A DNA stretch of 64,000 nucleotides from Polynucleobacter sp. (GCA_044225315.1 JBGAIU010000009.1:672-64671); one strand, 5' to 3'. Positions 43,666 through 53,300 are shown, numbered from the stretch's first letter. Numbers and translations: made by a program. Notes: generated from the letters alone by a model not told the origin.

Positions 43666-45418
43666 TCCAGTGCAAACTGGGCAACTCGATCCTCAGATCT
43701 TGGCGGATTTGGCAAATCAGAATTTCTCTGATTTTCAACACCAGCCAAGTGGTTTGGGTGATCCACGCGGCAATTTGCCCAGTGGTGTCGCTAGCCATTC
43801 CTTTCAGCCTAATGCCTCTCTAGATTTGGCGACCATTGCTCAGCAAGCATTGAGTAGTTTGCAGCAACAGAGTGGTAATGAGTCATTTGCAGGGCATCCA
43901 AGCTCCTTGGGTTTGGGTGATCCACGCGGCAATTTGCCAAGTGGAGTGGCTAGTCCTTCGATTCAGCCACCTAGCTCTCTCGATGTGAACTTGGTACCGC
44001 AGCAAGCCCTCGGTGGGGCTCAACAGCAAGCTGGTCATGATGCGCTCGCAAAAGACCCAAGCTCTTTATCTCTTGGTAAGAGTTTTGGTTTTGAGCAATT
44101 CATTGGCAACTCGTTATTAAGCGACTTATCCAATCCAACCAATAATCCATTGGTGAATCAGATATTCCTTAATGAGGTACCTGCTGTTAAGAGCCAGAAC
44201 ACTGCGCTTGACCCATTATTGGTTCGAAAAGATTTCCCAATCCTTTCAGAGCGAGTCAATGGTCGTCAGTTAATCTGGTTTGATAATGCTGCTACTACAC
44301 AAAAGCCACAGGCTGTGATTGATCGCATCAGCTATTTTTATGAGCACGAGAATTCCAATATTCACCGTGCTGCCCATGAATTAGCTGCGCGCGCAACCGA
44401 TGCCTATGAAGGTGCTCGTGAAAAGGTAAGGGCATTCCTCAATGCTAAATCTGTTAACGAGATCGTCTTTGTGCGCGGTACGACCGAGGCAATTAACTTG
44501 GTATCACAGAGTTGGGGGCGTCAAAACCTCAAAGAGGGCGATGAGATCATTTTTAGCAATCTTGAGCATCATGCCAATATCGTTCCATGGCAGTTGTTAG
44601 CCAAAGAAAAGAGATTGCGTCTCCGCGTGATACCTGTGAATGACGATGGAGAGCTCTTGTTGGATGAGTATCAAAAGCTCTTCAATGCTCGCACTAAGCT
44701 GGTAAGTTTTACTCATGTCTCAAATGCTTTGGGTACGATTACCCCAGCTAAGAAGATCATTGAGATTGCTCACGCAGCTGGCGTGAAAGTATTGTTAGAC
44801 GGTGCACAGTCTATCTCTCATATGAAGGTTGATCTTCAAGATCTGAATCCTGACTGGTTTGTATTCTCTGGACACAAGGTATTTGGCCCTACTGGTATTG
44901 GCGCTCTCTATGGCAAGGAAGATTTGCTCAATGCAACTCAACCATGGCAAGGTGGCGGCAATATGATTCAGGATGTGACCTTTGAGCACACTAAGTTTTA
45001 TGATGCTCCAAGCCGTTTTGAAGCTGGGACTGGGAATATTGCTGATGCTGTTGGTCTTGGCGCTGCGTTGGATTATGTTAATTCCGTTGGGATTGATTTA
45101 ATTGATCAGTACGAGCATCAACTTCTCTTGTATGCAACACGCTTATTAAAAGAAGTCCCCGGCGTGCGGTTAATTGGTACAGCGAAGGATAAGGCTAGTG
45201 TTCTATCTTTTGTGATTCCAGGCATTAAGACCGAGGACATCGGTGCCGCTTTAAATAAAGAGGGTATCGCAGTACGATCTGGCCACCATTGTGCTCAGCC
45301 TATCTTGCGTCGTATGGGTGTAGAAACTACCGTAAGACCATCATTGGCTTTCTACAATACCTGTCAAGAGGTGGATAAGATGATTGCTGTATTGCATCGT
45401 ATTCGCTCTCAGCATTGA
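43652..45418 (+). CDS. family 2A encapsulin cargo cysteine desulfurase (SufS-type) with long N-terminal extension
   Basis: FDNAATTQKP, SGHKVFGPTG (PLP Lys), RSGHHCAQP (catalytic Cys); about 180-aa low-complexity N-terminus; ATG 43652 overlaps the shell stop. Confidence 0.93.
   Translation: MSTSNPVQTGQLDPQILADLANQNFSDFQHQPSGLGDPRGNLPSGVASHSFQPNASLDLATIAQQALSSLQQQSGNESFAGHPSSLGLGDPRGNLPSGVASPSIQPPSSLDVNLVPQQALGGAQQQAGHDALAKDPSSLSLGKSFGFEQFIGNSLLSDLSNPTNNPLVNQIFLNEVPAVKSQNTALDPLLVRKDFPILSERVNGRQLIWFDNAATTQKPQAVIDRISYFYEHENSNIHRAAHELAARATDAYEGAREKVRAFLNAKSVNEIVFVRGTTEAINLVSQSWGRQNLKEGDEIIFSNLEHHANIVPWQLLAKEKRLRLRVIPVNDDGELLLDEYQKLFNARTKLVSFTHVSNALGTITPAKKIIEIAHAAGVKVLLDGAQSISHMKVDLQDLNPDWFVFSGHKVFGPTGIGALYGKEDLLNATQPWQGGGNMIQDVTFEHTKFYDAPSRFEAGTGNIADAVGLGAALDYVNSVGIDLIDQYEHQLLLYATRLLKEVPGVRLIGTAKDKASVLSFVIPGIKTEDIGAALNKEGIAVRSGHHCAQPILRRMGVETTVRPSLAFYNTCQEVDKMIAVLHRIRSQH
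43751..44068 (+). repeat. 2 x 159-bp (53-aa) tandem repeat in the desulfurase N-terminal extension
   Basis: Units 43751-43909 and 43910-44068 both begin GLGDPRGNLPSGVAS and end PSSL; first 44 nt 41/44 identical. Confidence 0.92.
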
Positions 45419-45444
45419 TGACTTGCTATTAAAGTAAGTGAAGT

Positions 45445-45475
45445 AAAAAAAGGGCCACTGTGAAGTGGCCTTTTT
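45445..45475. terminator. bidirectional terminator after the encapsulin operon
   Basis: A-tract, GGCCACT-GTGA-AGTGGCC, T tract. Confidence 0.8.
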
Positions 45476-45489
45476 GTAGCTATATTTAT

Positions 45490-45654
45490 TTATGCGAAAG
45501 AGTCTTCAAATTCGGCATACTTAATTGTATTCATCAAAAATAGAATGCGGCGCTGGAAGTTCTTACGCTCTTCAATTTGATCGTGGGGAAGTTGATCGTG
45601 CTCACGCAGTAATTTAGTAATTACAGAGTTATAAAGCTCTCTAACGGGTGACAT
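45490..45654 (-). CDS. small hypothetical protein (54 aa, absent from ORF track)
   Basis: MSPVRELYNSVITKLLREHDQLPHDQIEERKNFQRRILFLMNTIKYAEFEDSFA*; AGGA just upstream; ends at a terminator. Confidence 0.65.
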   Translation of the reverse strand: MSPVRELYNSVITKLLREHDQLPHDQIEERKNFQRRILFLMNTIKYAEFEDSFA

Positions 45655-45848
45655 GATCTTTCCTAAGTTTCTATATTTAGGAATAATTTACCCCCACGCT
45701 ATATATCTCGCAAGCAATCTTTATTGCTATAGATATGCCAGATTAGAATATAGGCTGAAATCCTATATGTCTACTATGTTTAGCAGATTTTCTTGGTTCC
45801 TAGTTGCAGTTTGTTTGCCTAATATAAACCTATTCAATAGGAGGGTTT

Positions 45849-46121
45849 ATGAGCAAGCAGATTGGATTTACCGTGGCAAAGAATTCGTTCTTTGTCTCCT
45901 TGCTAAGCGCATTGGCTGGCGTAGGACTTATTGGCGCTTCTGTTCATTTTGGCGCTCAAAATGATTTCTTGGCTAATTTATTTCAAAATGGTAGAACCTT
46001 ATTCGACTATCTGCTCGGAGCAGGTATTGTCGGAAGTTTTGTTCTTGGGGTTTATCTTGTAGCAAGACATGTTGCTAGAGAAGGTGTTGCTGAGCAATTC
46101 TACGAGCAAACACCTTATTAA
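45849..46121 (+). CDS. hypothetical two-TM membrane protein
   Basis: GAGGG RBS, two hydrophobic segments, followed by a terminator. Confidence 0.7.
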   Translation: MSKQIGFTVAKNSFFVSLLSALAGVGLIGASVHFGAQNDFLANLFQNGRTLFDYLLGAGIVGSFVLGVYLVARHVAREGVAEQFYEQTPY

Positions 46122-46141
46122 TAACTCAGAATTATTCAATA

Positions 46142-46167
46142 AAAAGGGTGCTTAAAAGCACCCTTTT
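46142..46167. terminator. bidirectional terminator
   Basis: AAAAGGGTGCTT-AA-AAGCACCCTTTT. Confidence 0.8.
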
Positions 46168-46189
46168 GTTTATGTTTAGAAGCAGAAGC

Positions 46190-46966
46190 TTATTTTTCTA
46201 CGAATGCGCGCTCAAAGACGTAGTCGCCCATCTGACCAAGGCTTGGGGAAACCTTAAAGCCTTTTGCATCAAGCATTTCCGAGGTTTCTTTAAGCATAGA
46301 AGGGCTGCCGCAGATCATGGCGCGATCAACAGCGGGATCGAGTGGTGGCAAGCCGATATCTTTAAAGAGTTGACCAGATTCGATGGCGGTTGTTAAGCGT
46401 CCAGTGTGTTTGAATGCTTCGCGAGTGACTGTTGGGTAATAGATAAGCTTCTCACGAATCAGTTCACCAAGATATTCATCTTGAGTTAACTCATTTTTGA
46501 TGTAATCAGCATAAGCAAGCTCGCTCACCAAACGCACACCGTGAATAAGCACTACTTTTTCGAATTTTTCGTAAGTCTCTGGGTCGCGAATGATGCTCAT
46601 AAATGGAGCAAGACCGGTGCCAGTGCTAAAGAGATAGAGGTGTTTTCCAGGGTTGAGATCATCTAAAACCAAAGTTCCAACGGACTTTTCACTCACAAGA
46701 ATGGGGTCGCCCACCTGAATCTTCTGTAGGCGTGATGTTAGTGGACCATCTTGAACTTTGATGCTTAAAAATTCCAAGTGCTCTTCGTAATTGGGGCTTG
46801 CTACGCTATATGCGCGAACCAGAGGTTTGCCTTCAACCTCAAAACCAATCATAAGAAAGTGACCGCTGCGAAAACGTAGGCCTTTGTTGCGGGTAGTGGT
46901 AAAGCTAAATAAGGTGTCGTTCCAATGATGAACGGTTAAAACGGTTTCGGTGTGATATGCGGCCAT
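46190..46966 (-). CDS. fpr: ferredoxin-NADP reductase
   Basis: RAYSVAS, GPLTSRL, STGTGLAPF, MICGSP, ERAFVEK; likely start ATG 46966. Confidence 0.95.
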   Translation of the reverse strand: MAAYHTETVLTVHHWNDTLFSFTTTRNKGLRFRSGHFLMIGFEVEGKPLVRAYSVASPNYEEHLEFLSIKVQDGPLTSRLQKIQVGDPILVSEKSVGTLVLDDLNPGKHLYLFSTGTGLAPFMSIIRDPETYEKFEKVVLIHGVRLVSELAYADYIKNELTQDEYLGELIREKLIYYPTVTREAFKHTGRLTTAIESGQLFKDIGLPPLDPAVDRAMICGSPSMLKETSEMLDAKGFKVSPSLGQMGDYVFERAFVEK

Positions 46967-47126
46967 ATAAAGCGTAGTTACGTAGTTAATTTGCAAAACC
47001 TTGATTATCCTCAAAATTTGTACTGTTTTAGCCAAATCGATGGATTAACTTTTTATATCCAATCCACTTTTAGTAATAAAGCCAAGATTTGATTGGCTCA
47101 TGGCGCCATCCCGCTATGATTGAGGT

Positions 47127-47615
47127 ATGACTAGAGCGCAATATTTATATCTATCCTTGTTAAGCCTGAGTTTGGTGGCCTTTGCTGTCGTTTTGCAGCA
47201 AGTAGGCTACCAGGGCGTTAGTTTCTTGCCATGCCCTCTGTGCATCTTGCAAAGAGTCGGCTATTTGGTGATCGCAGTAGCATGTTTTATGGCGGCAAGC
47301 CTTCAGCCTGGACGAAAACTCTTTCATGGAGTGGCAATTATTGGGGCTATTTATGGCGCGGTCATTGCCGGAAAGCAAGTATGGCTTTTATCTCATCCAG
47401 AAAGTTCATGCGGTATTGATCCGCTAGAGGTGTGGATTAATCAATTTCAATTAGCTCAAGGTCTTCCGTGGTTATTTAAGGCGGATGGACTTTGCTCTGC
47501 AAAATTGCCCACTATTTTTGGATTGCAGGTTCCAGAGTGGTCATTGGTTTGGTTTTTGATTTTCTCATCTATCTTGCTATACACATTTTTTAGGAAGAAA
47601 AATAACAAGACTTAA
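47127..47615 (+). CDS. dsbB: disulfide bond formation protein B
   Basis: PCPLCILQR and a second Cys pair (SCG...GLC); four TM helices. Confidence 0.9.
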   Translation: MTRAQYLYLSLLSLSLVAFAVVLQQVGYQGVSFLPCPLCILQRVGYLVIAVACFMAASLQPGRKLFHGVAIIGAIYGAVIAGKQVWLLSHPESSCGIDPLEVWINQFQLAQGLPWLFKADGLCSAKLPTIFGLQVPEWSLVWFLIFSSILLYTFFRKKNNKT

Positions 47616-47719
47616 GCTGTATGTCTCTGTATAGATTTGAAATTGCTTTGCTTATTTAACTTAGCAAAGCAAAAAATCTTGGTTTACGAAATTCTCCTAA
47701 TGCTCAATACTGAGTTTTC

Positions 47720-48220
47720 TTTAGTCAAAAGGAGAATTAAATTGAGTACCTCTATTAAGCACGCCAAATTAAATAATTCATTGAATGTAGTCGCCAGGGT
47801 TTTATTGGCATCACTATTTCTCACATCAGGTATTTCCAAAGTAACAAATTTTCAAGTGATAAGTGACTTGGTCGCGTCTGTTGGCATTCCATATGCTGGA
47901 GCTTGGACAGCCTTAGTGATTGTTTTAGAAATCTTAGGATCTCTTGCCATTATTTTTGGGTATCAAGCCAGAATTGCGGCTGCACTCTTAGGTTTTTTCT
48001 CAATCATCGCGGCATTTCTTTTTCACAACTATTGGGGCGCACCTGCTGATCAGCAATACATACAACAGCTTCTTTTCTATAAAAATCTGAGTATTGCAGG
48101 AGGTTTATTTTTGCTTTCATCATTTGATTCAGGCAAATGGTCTGTTGATCATCGCTTGCAAGTGAAGGCCAATCATCAATCTTTAAATCAATCTGCTGTT
48201 GCAGGTTAATTTAGTCAAAA
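47720..48220 (+). repeat. 11-bp direct repeat TTTAGTCAAAA (47720-47730, 48210-48220) flanking the DoxX gene
   Basis: Read directly from sequence; each copy precedes a GGAGAATT RBS. Confidence 0.7.
47742..48209 (+). CDS. DoxX family membrane protein
   Basis: ARVLLASLFLTSGISK, FYKNLSIAGG, GKWSVD; TTG start after GGAGA. Confidence 0.88.
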   Translation: MSTSIKHAKLNNSLNVVARVLLASLFLTSGISKVTNFQVISDLVASVGIPYAGAWTALVIVLEILGSLAIIFGYQARIAAALLGFFSIIAAFLFHNYWGAPADQQYIQQLLFYKNLSIAGGLFLLSSFDSGKWSVDHRLQVKANHQSLNQSAVAG

Positions 48221-48239
48221 TTTTATAAGGGGAGAATTT

Positions 48240-48512
48240 ATGAGTAGAGCTGAATTGGTTGAAAAGATATTAAAGGATGCTGATATTACAAAAGCGCTTT
48301 CAGAAACAATTCTGAATTCCATTTTGCACAACATTACTAAAGTGGTGACAAAGGGTAACAGCGTTCAATTGATTGGATTTGGAACCTTTAGTTCAGGAAA
48401 GAGGGCTGCAAGAGTAGGTCGCAATCCGAAAACAGGTGAAGCTATACAAATTCCTGCAGCTAAGACTGTGAAATTTACTGCGGGCAAGGCATTTAAGGAT
48501 GCAGTTAATTGA
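48240..48512 (+). CDS. HU family DNA-binding protein
   Basis: [33 protein letters not shown]. Confidence 0.93.
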   Translation: MSRAELVEKILKDADITKALSETILNSILHNITKVVTKGNSVQLIGFGTFSSGKRAARVGRNPKTGEAIQIPAAKTVKFTAGKAFKDAVN

Positions 48513-48623
48513 CGTAAATCTTAATTAAGAAAAAGAAGAAAGGGTGCTTTATGTTGCCTCGCCCTGATTTGAGGGTGAGGCAATAGATATTTCCGACTAA
48601 TAAATTTGTTAAAAAGCTTTTTC

Positions 48624-49479
48624 TTAGCCAAAGGTAATGCGATGAAGTAAGCGATGTTGATTACCATAATCATTCGCAGCATAGTGAACAGTTGCACGGT
48701 TATCCCAGATGGCAACCGTGTTCCTCTCCCAACGTAATCGGGCTTGAAACTCTGGTCTTTGGAACTGGGCAAATATGAAAGTTAGAAGGGCATCACTTTG
48801 TTGGCGCGACAACCCTTTAATGCGGTCCGTGAAATTAGGATTTACATAAATGATTTTTTCCTGTTACAGGGTGAACGCGTACTACAGGATGAACTACTGG
48901 TAGGTTCTCTGCACGGGCTTGGCGATAGACTTCCTCGCCATTTTCGAGTTTGGAAAAATAATTAGGCCAACCACTATGCTCAAAGCTATGTGTTGCCTCC
49001 AGGGTTTCTAAATAGGTTTGCAAATGGCTCGGAAGCGATTCATATACAGCGGTAGCGCTGGCCCAGAGAGTATCTCCACCTGAGGTTGGAATGATATGAG
49101 AGTAAAGAACAGTTCTAGTAGGCGGGTTTTGAGAGAAGGTAATGTCAGCATGCCATTGGTCAGTTCCATAGCGATGGCCAGATGGCTTGGCTTCAATTAC
49201 TTCAATGAGTTTGTGATCACCCAGTCTTGGGAAGAAAGCTTTTGTTTTATTAGGATCCCCAAATACTTTGGCAACCTCAACCTGCTGGTCTGGAGTGAGT
49301 TTTTGGTCGCGGAAAAATAGCACTTGGAATTCAGAGAGGGCTTTACGTAGCTCATCTCGAACAGGCTCGGAATCTAATTTGGACAGATCTAAGTCGTAAA
49401 TAGTGGCGCCAATATTGGGCGTATAGGGCTCAATGGATAGATGGGCATAACCTGGCACTGCATATTCAATTTTTGACAT
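48624..49479 (-). pseudogene. tauD: TauD/TfdA dioxygenase frameshifted in an A-run at 48854-48859
   Basis: WHADITF, HPVVRVHP; adding one A restores TGKKIIYVNPNFT...IWDNRATVHYA...HRITFG*. Confidence 0.9.
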
Positions 49480-49732
49480 CTCATGACCCTTTTTCTTGAT
49501 TTAGTACGAAAGGGGAGATTAAGTACTGCATTCGAAGTTGTGAAGAATGAAATTCTGATTTGCTTATCTATAAAAGCGATATTTGCTTCTAATCGCTTTG
49601 TTTAGCGCTGGAAACGCCTTTATCAAAAATTAAGCTAAGCAACTCAGAAAGTATTGGTTCTTTTGCAGAATCTCTTTTCCTAGAATGACAAATCCAATCT
49701 CTTGCGCGCATTGCGCCTATTTCAGAAGGTAG

Positions 49733-50713
49733 ATGATGAATTTCGGTAAACTAAGAATGCTATTGGTAACTTTTAAGACGCTTGTGCTTTCAAGCGCTTT
49801 GGTGTTTTCTTCTGCCCAAGCGGATAACCCAAATACTTTAAGAATTGGTTATCAAAAATCATCAAGTATTCTGACTTTACTTAAGGCGGATGGCTCTTTT
49901 GAGAAGCAGCTTGGATTTAAGGGGGTGGATGTCAAGTGGGTTGAGTTTCCTGCAGGTCCACAGTTGCTAGAGGGTCTCAATGTCGGCTCTATTGATTTTG
50001 GTTATGTAGGCGAGGCTCCTCCGATATTTGCTCAGGCTGCTGGAGCAAGCTTCGTATATGTTGGTTATCAAACTCCGGCACCTAAAGCTGAAGCAATTCT
50101 GGTGCCAAAGGATTTGCCAATTAAGAAAGTTTCCGATCTAAAGGGTAAAAAGGTTGCCCTCAACAAGGGTTCAAATGTTCACTATTTGTTAATTAAAGTA
50201 TTAGAAAAGCACGGCCTGAAATATTCTGATGTGCAGCCCGTATTTCTCGCGCCCGCAGACGCACGAGCAGCTTTTGAAAAGGGGAGTGTAGACGCTTGGG
50301 CAATTTGGGATCCATTCCAAGCAGCCGCAGAAATTCAAATTGGCGCTAAGGAACTCGCTAATGGAGTTGGCACAGTAAATAACGTAAATTACTTCCTAGC
50401 TTCACGGCCTTACGCAGAAAAAAATCCAGCAGTCATTAAAGCGCTATTTGCCGCAATTTCCGAGCAAGGCGCTTGGATTACCAAGAATAAAAAGGCAGCT
50501 GCAGAAGCGCTCGCCCCAATTCAAGGCCTTACTCCAGATGTCATTGAACTGAGCATTAGTCGATATCACAACGATATCTTGCCGATTAACAGCAAAATAT
50601 TGGCCGATCAACAAAAGGTCGCTGATGTTTTCTATGAACTGAAGCTAATTCCGCAACCAATTGCCGTTAAAGATGCAGTTTTTCAACTGAAAAGGCTAAA
50701 TAATGTTTGCTAG
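49733..50713 (+). CDS. ssuA: aliphatic sulfonate ABC transporter substrate-binding protein (copy 1)
   Basis: RIGYQK, EFPAGPQLLEGL, KGSNVH, AIWDPF. Confidence 0.92.
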   Translation: MMNFGKLRMLLVTFKTLVLSSALVFSSAQADNPNTLRIGYQKSSSILTLLKADGSFEKQLGFKGVDVKWVEFPAGPQLLEGLNVGSIDFGYVGEAPPIFAQAAGASFVYVGYQTPAPKAEAILVPKDLPIKKVSDLKGKKVALNKGSNVHYLLIKVLEKHGLKYSDVQPVFLAPADARAAFEKGSVDAWAIWDPFQAAAEIQIGAKELANGVGTVNNVNYFLASRPYAEKNPAVIKALFAAISEQGAWITKNKKAAAEALAPIQGLTPDVIELSISRYHNDILPINSKILADQQKVADVFYELKLIPQPIAVKDAVFQLKRLNNVC

Positions 50714-51689
50714 CTTAATTCGGTTTTGGTTTTGCGTACTAGCGATCATTGGTAGCCACTTATTTGGGGTAAATGTCCATGCGGCAGTCTCGGATGCAGA
50801 TAAGACCCCAGCTCAAATTCGCATTGGTTTTCAAAAGAGTGCTATTAATTTGATTTTGCTAAAACAACGCGGAACGCTTGATGCGCTATTTCCGAATAGT
50901 AAAGTCACATGGACAGAGTTCCCTGCAGGCCCTCAATTATTAGAAGCCTTATCAGTTGGCAGTATTGATTTTGGATTGACCGGAGATGCGCCACCTGTAT
51001 TTGCGCAATCAGCTGGCAAAGATGTGATTTATGTAGGTGCTGAACCACCAAAACCAAAAAGTTCCGCAATCTTGGTGCCCGCTAACTCGAGTATTAAAAC
51101 TCTTAAAGATTTAAAAGGAAAGAGAATTGCATTTCAAAAGGGCTCATCCTCACACAATCTTCTGGTTCGAGCTCTAAAGAAAGCAGGTTTATCCTGGAGC
51201 GACATTGAGGCAGCATATTTACCGCCTGCCGAAGGCCGTGCTGCATTTGAGAAGGGAAGCGTGGATGCATGGGTGATTTGGGATCCATACTATGCCGCCG
51301 CAGAATTATCTTCTTCTAAACCGAGAGTTCTAGCAACTGGTGAGGGTTTATCAGATAACAACTCTTTTTACCTAAGTTCATCTGCGTTTAATCAAAACTA
51401 TCCCGATACAGTCAAAAAGCTACTCATCGCGTTGACTGAGGCAGATCAATATATATCTGCCAATAAAAAGGAATCTGCACTTGCTTACTCAAGTTATAGC
51501 GGTCTCCCCTTAGATGTGGTTTATCGCTTTGTTGATAGAAGACCACTTGCACCAACCACCCCTTTAAGTCCCAAAACGGTCGCAGAGCAACAGCGTGTAG
51601 CTGATGCATTCTTTCAGTTGGGCTTAATCCCTAAACCAATCGTTGTTAGTGATGTTGTAGCAAAGCCTACGAATCCTAAAGTTAAATAA
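50703..51689 (+). CDS. ssuA: aliphatic sulfonate ABC transporter substrate-binding protein (copy 2)
   Basis: RIGFQK, EFPAGPQLLEAL, KGSSSH, VIWDPY. Confidence 0.92.
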   Translation: MFASLIRFWFCVLAIIGSHLFGVNVHAAVSDADKTPAQIRIGFQKSAINLILLKQRGTLDALFPNSKVTWTEFPAGPQLLEALSVGSIDFGLTGDAPPVFAQSAGKDVIYVGAEPPKPKSSAILVPANSSIKTLKDLKGKRIAFQKGSSSHNLLVRALKKAGLSWSDIEAAYLPPAEGRAAFEKGSVDAWVIWDPYYAAAELSSSKPRVLATGEGLSDNNSFYLSSSAFNQNYPDTVKKLLIALTEADQYISANKKESALAYSSYSGLPLDVVYRFVDRRPLAPTTPLSPKTVAEQQRVADAFFQLGLIPKPIVVSDVVAKPTNPKVK

Positions 51690-51707
51690 CGTTAAGAACT
51701 TTAGCGA

Positions 51708-52499
51708 GTGCAATATATGAGTTCTGAAAAGCTAGATAAAGCAACAAAAGCCATCGTTCCATGGCTAACGCCAGTGATTTTGATCGCTATATGGCAGTGG
51801 GCAGCTCAGGCCGGGTATTTATCAACACGTATCCTGCCTTCGCCTTTGGCTATTGGCCTTGCATTTGTCAAATTATCTAGTTCAGGTGAACTGTGGTTGC
51901 ATGTAAAGACGAGTACATGGCGGGCGTTGTCGGGGTTTGCTATTGGCGGTGGTTTGGGTCTGATATTGGGACTCATCACCGGTTCATTTAAAAGAGCAGA
52001 AGTTCTTTTGGACACCACCTTGCAAATGATTCGCAATATCCCTCCCTTGGCATTAATTCCTTTAGTCATTCTTTGGTTCGGAATTGATGAGGTGGCAAAG
52101 TTATTTTTAGTGTCGGTCGGGGTATTTTTTCCGGTCTATGTAAACACCTTCCATGGCATTCGGAACGTTGATCCGGGCTTAATTGAAATGGCAAAAAGTT
52201 ATGGGCTCAAAGGTTTCGCATTGTATTGGAATGTGATTTTGCCCGGGGCTTTGCCTTCTATTTTGGTGGGTGTTCGTTTTTCACTGGAATTAATGTGGGT
52301 CTTATTAATTGTGGCCGAAACCATTTCCGCTCAATCTGGAATTGGCTACATGACCATGAATGCCCGTGAATTTTTACAGACCGATATCGTGTTGGTTGGT
52401 ATTTTGGTTTACGCCCTACTAGGAAAGTTAGCCGATGTTCTAGCAAAAGGTTTGGAGCGCTATTGGCTCCGTTGGCACCCTGGTTATCAGTCGGCTTGA
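51708..52499 (+). CDS. ssuC: aliphatic sulfonate ABC transporter permease
   Basis: MIRNIPPLALIPL, AETISAQSGIGYM. Confidence 0.95.
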   Translation: MQYMSSEKLDKATKAIVPWLTPVILIAIWQWAAQAGYLSTRILPSPLAIGLAFVKLSSSGELWLHVKTSTWRALSGFAIGGGLGLILGLITGSFKRAEVLLDTTLQMIRNIPPLALIPLVILWFGIDEVAKLFLVSVGVFFPVYVNTFHGIRNVDPGLIEMAKSYGLKGFALYWNVILPGALPSILVGVRFSLELMWVLLIVAETISAQSGIGYMTMNAREFLQTDIVLVGILVYALLGKLADVLAKGLERYWLRWHPGYQSA

Positions 52500-52508
52500 G
52501 TTGGTCTT

Positions 52509-53288
52509 ATGAAAAATCATTCCAAAGAATTAGAGGAAATTAAGAAAGTGGAAGGGATAGTCGCATCCAAGGCGGGCGTTTCTATTACTCTTCAAGAGTT
52601 GAAAAAGAATTATGGAGACCGTCAGGTACTCCGTGGACTCGATCTTGAAATTGAGCCAGGTGAATTCGTAGCGATAGTTGGGCGTAGCGGATGCGGTAAG
52701 AGTACTTTGTTGCGGCTTGTTGCAGGTTTAGAAAAGGCTAGCGCTGGCGAGCTCTATCTTGATTATGTATATCTATCGAGCAACTCTGATACTCGGATTA
52801 TGTTTCAAGAGGCGCGCCTGCTTCCTTGGAAAAAGGTGCTGCAGAATGTTGCCATTGGTCTAACGTCAGGAATATTACATCGAGCCCAAGAAGTTTTGGC
52901 AGCAGTTGGATTGGCAGACTGGGGTGATGAGTGGCCAGCCAGGCTTTCGGGCGGTCAAAAGCAGCGGGTAGCTCTTGCGAGGGCTTTGGTCCATAAGCCA
53001 AAACTACTATTGCTTGACGAGCCCTTAGGTGCCCTAGATGCGCTGACGCGCATTGAAATGCATCAATTAATTGAGTCCTTGTGGATTAAGAACGGCTTTA
53101 CAGCTTTGCTAGTTACGCACGATGTTTCAGAGGCAATTGCATTAGCTGACCGCATTCTCTTAATTGAGGATGGATCAATCGCATTAAATATAAAAGTCGA
53201 TTTGCCAAGACTAAGACAGCGCGCATCGCAAAAATTTATCGAAATAGAAGAAAAGTTATTAGGCCAATTGTTGGGCAGCTCTAATTAA
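52509..53288 (+). CDS. ssuB: aliphatic sulfonate ABC transporter ATP-binding protein
   Basis: [29 protein letters not shown]. Confidence 0.94.
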   Translation: MKNHSKELEEIKKVEGIVASKAGVSITLQELKKNYGDRQVLRGLDLEIEPGEFVAIVGRSGCGKSTLLRLVAGLEKASAGELYLDYVYLSSNSDTRIMFQEARLLPWKKVLQNVAIGLTSGILHRAQEVLAAVGLADWGDEWPARLSGGQKQRVALARALVHKPKLLLLDEPLGALDALTRIEMHQLIESLWIKNGFTALLVTHDVSEAIALADRILLIEDGSIALNIKVDLPRLRQRASQKFIEIEEKLLGQLLGSSN

Positions 53289-53300
53289 AGGAACGAAAGA

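Noticed and set aside
43751-44068. The repeat as a CRISPR array or mobile-element end
   Set aside because: Two in-frame coding units with synonymous-only differences in the conserved part; no cas or transposase genes
48521-48772. 83-aa plus-strand ORF after HU
   Set aside because: Antisense to the displaced tauD C-terminus, which explains the sequence
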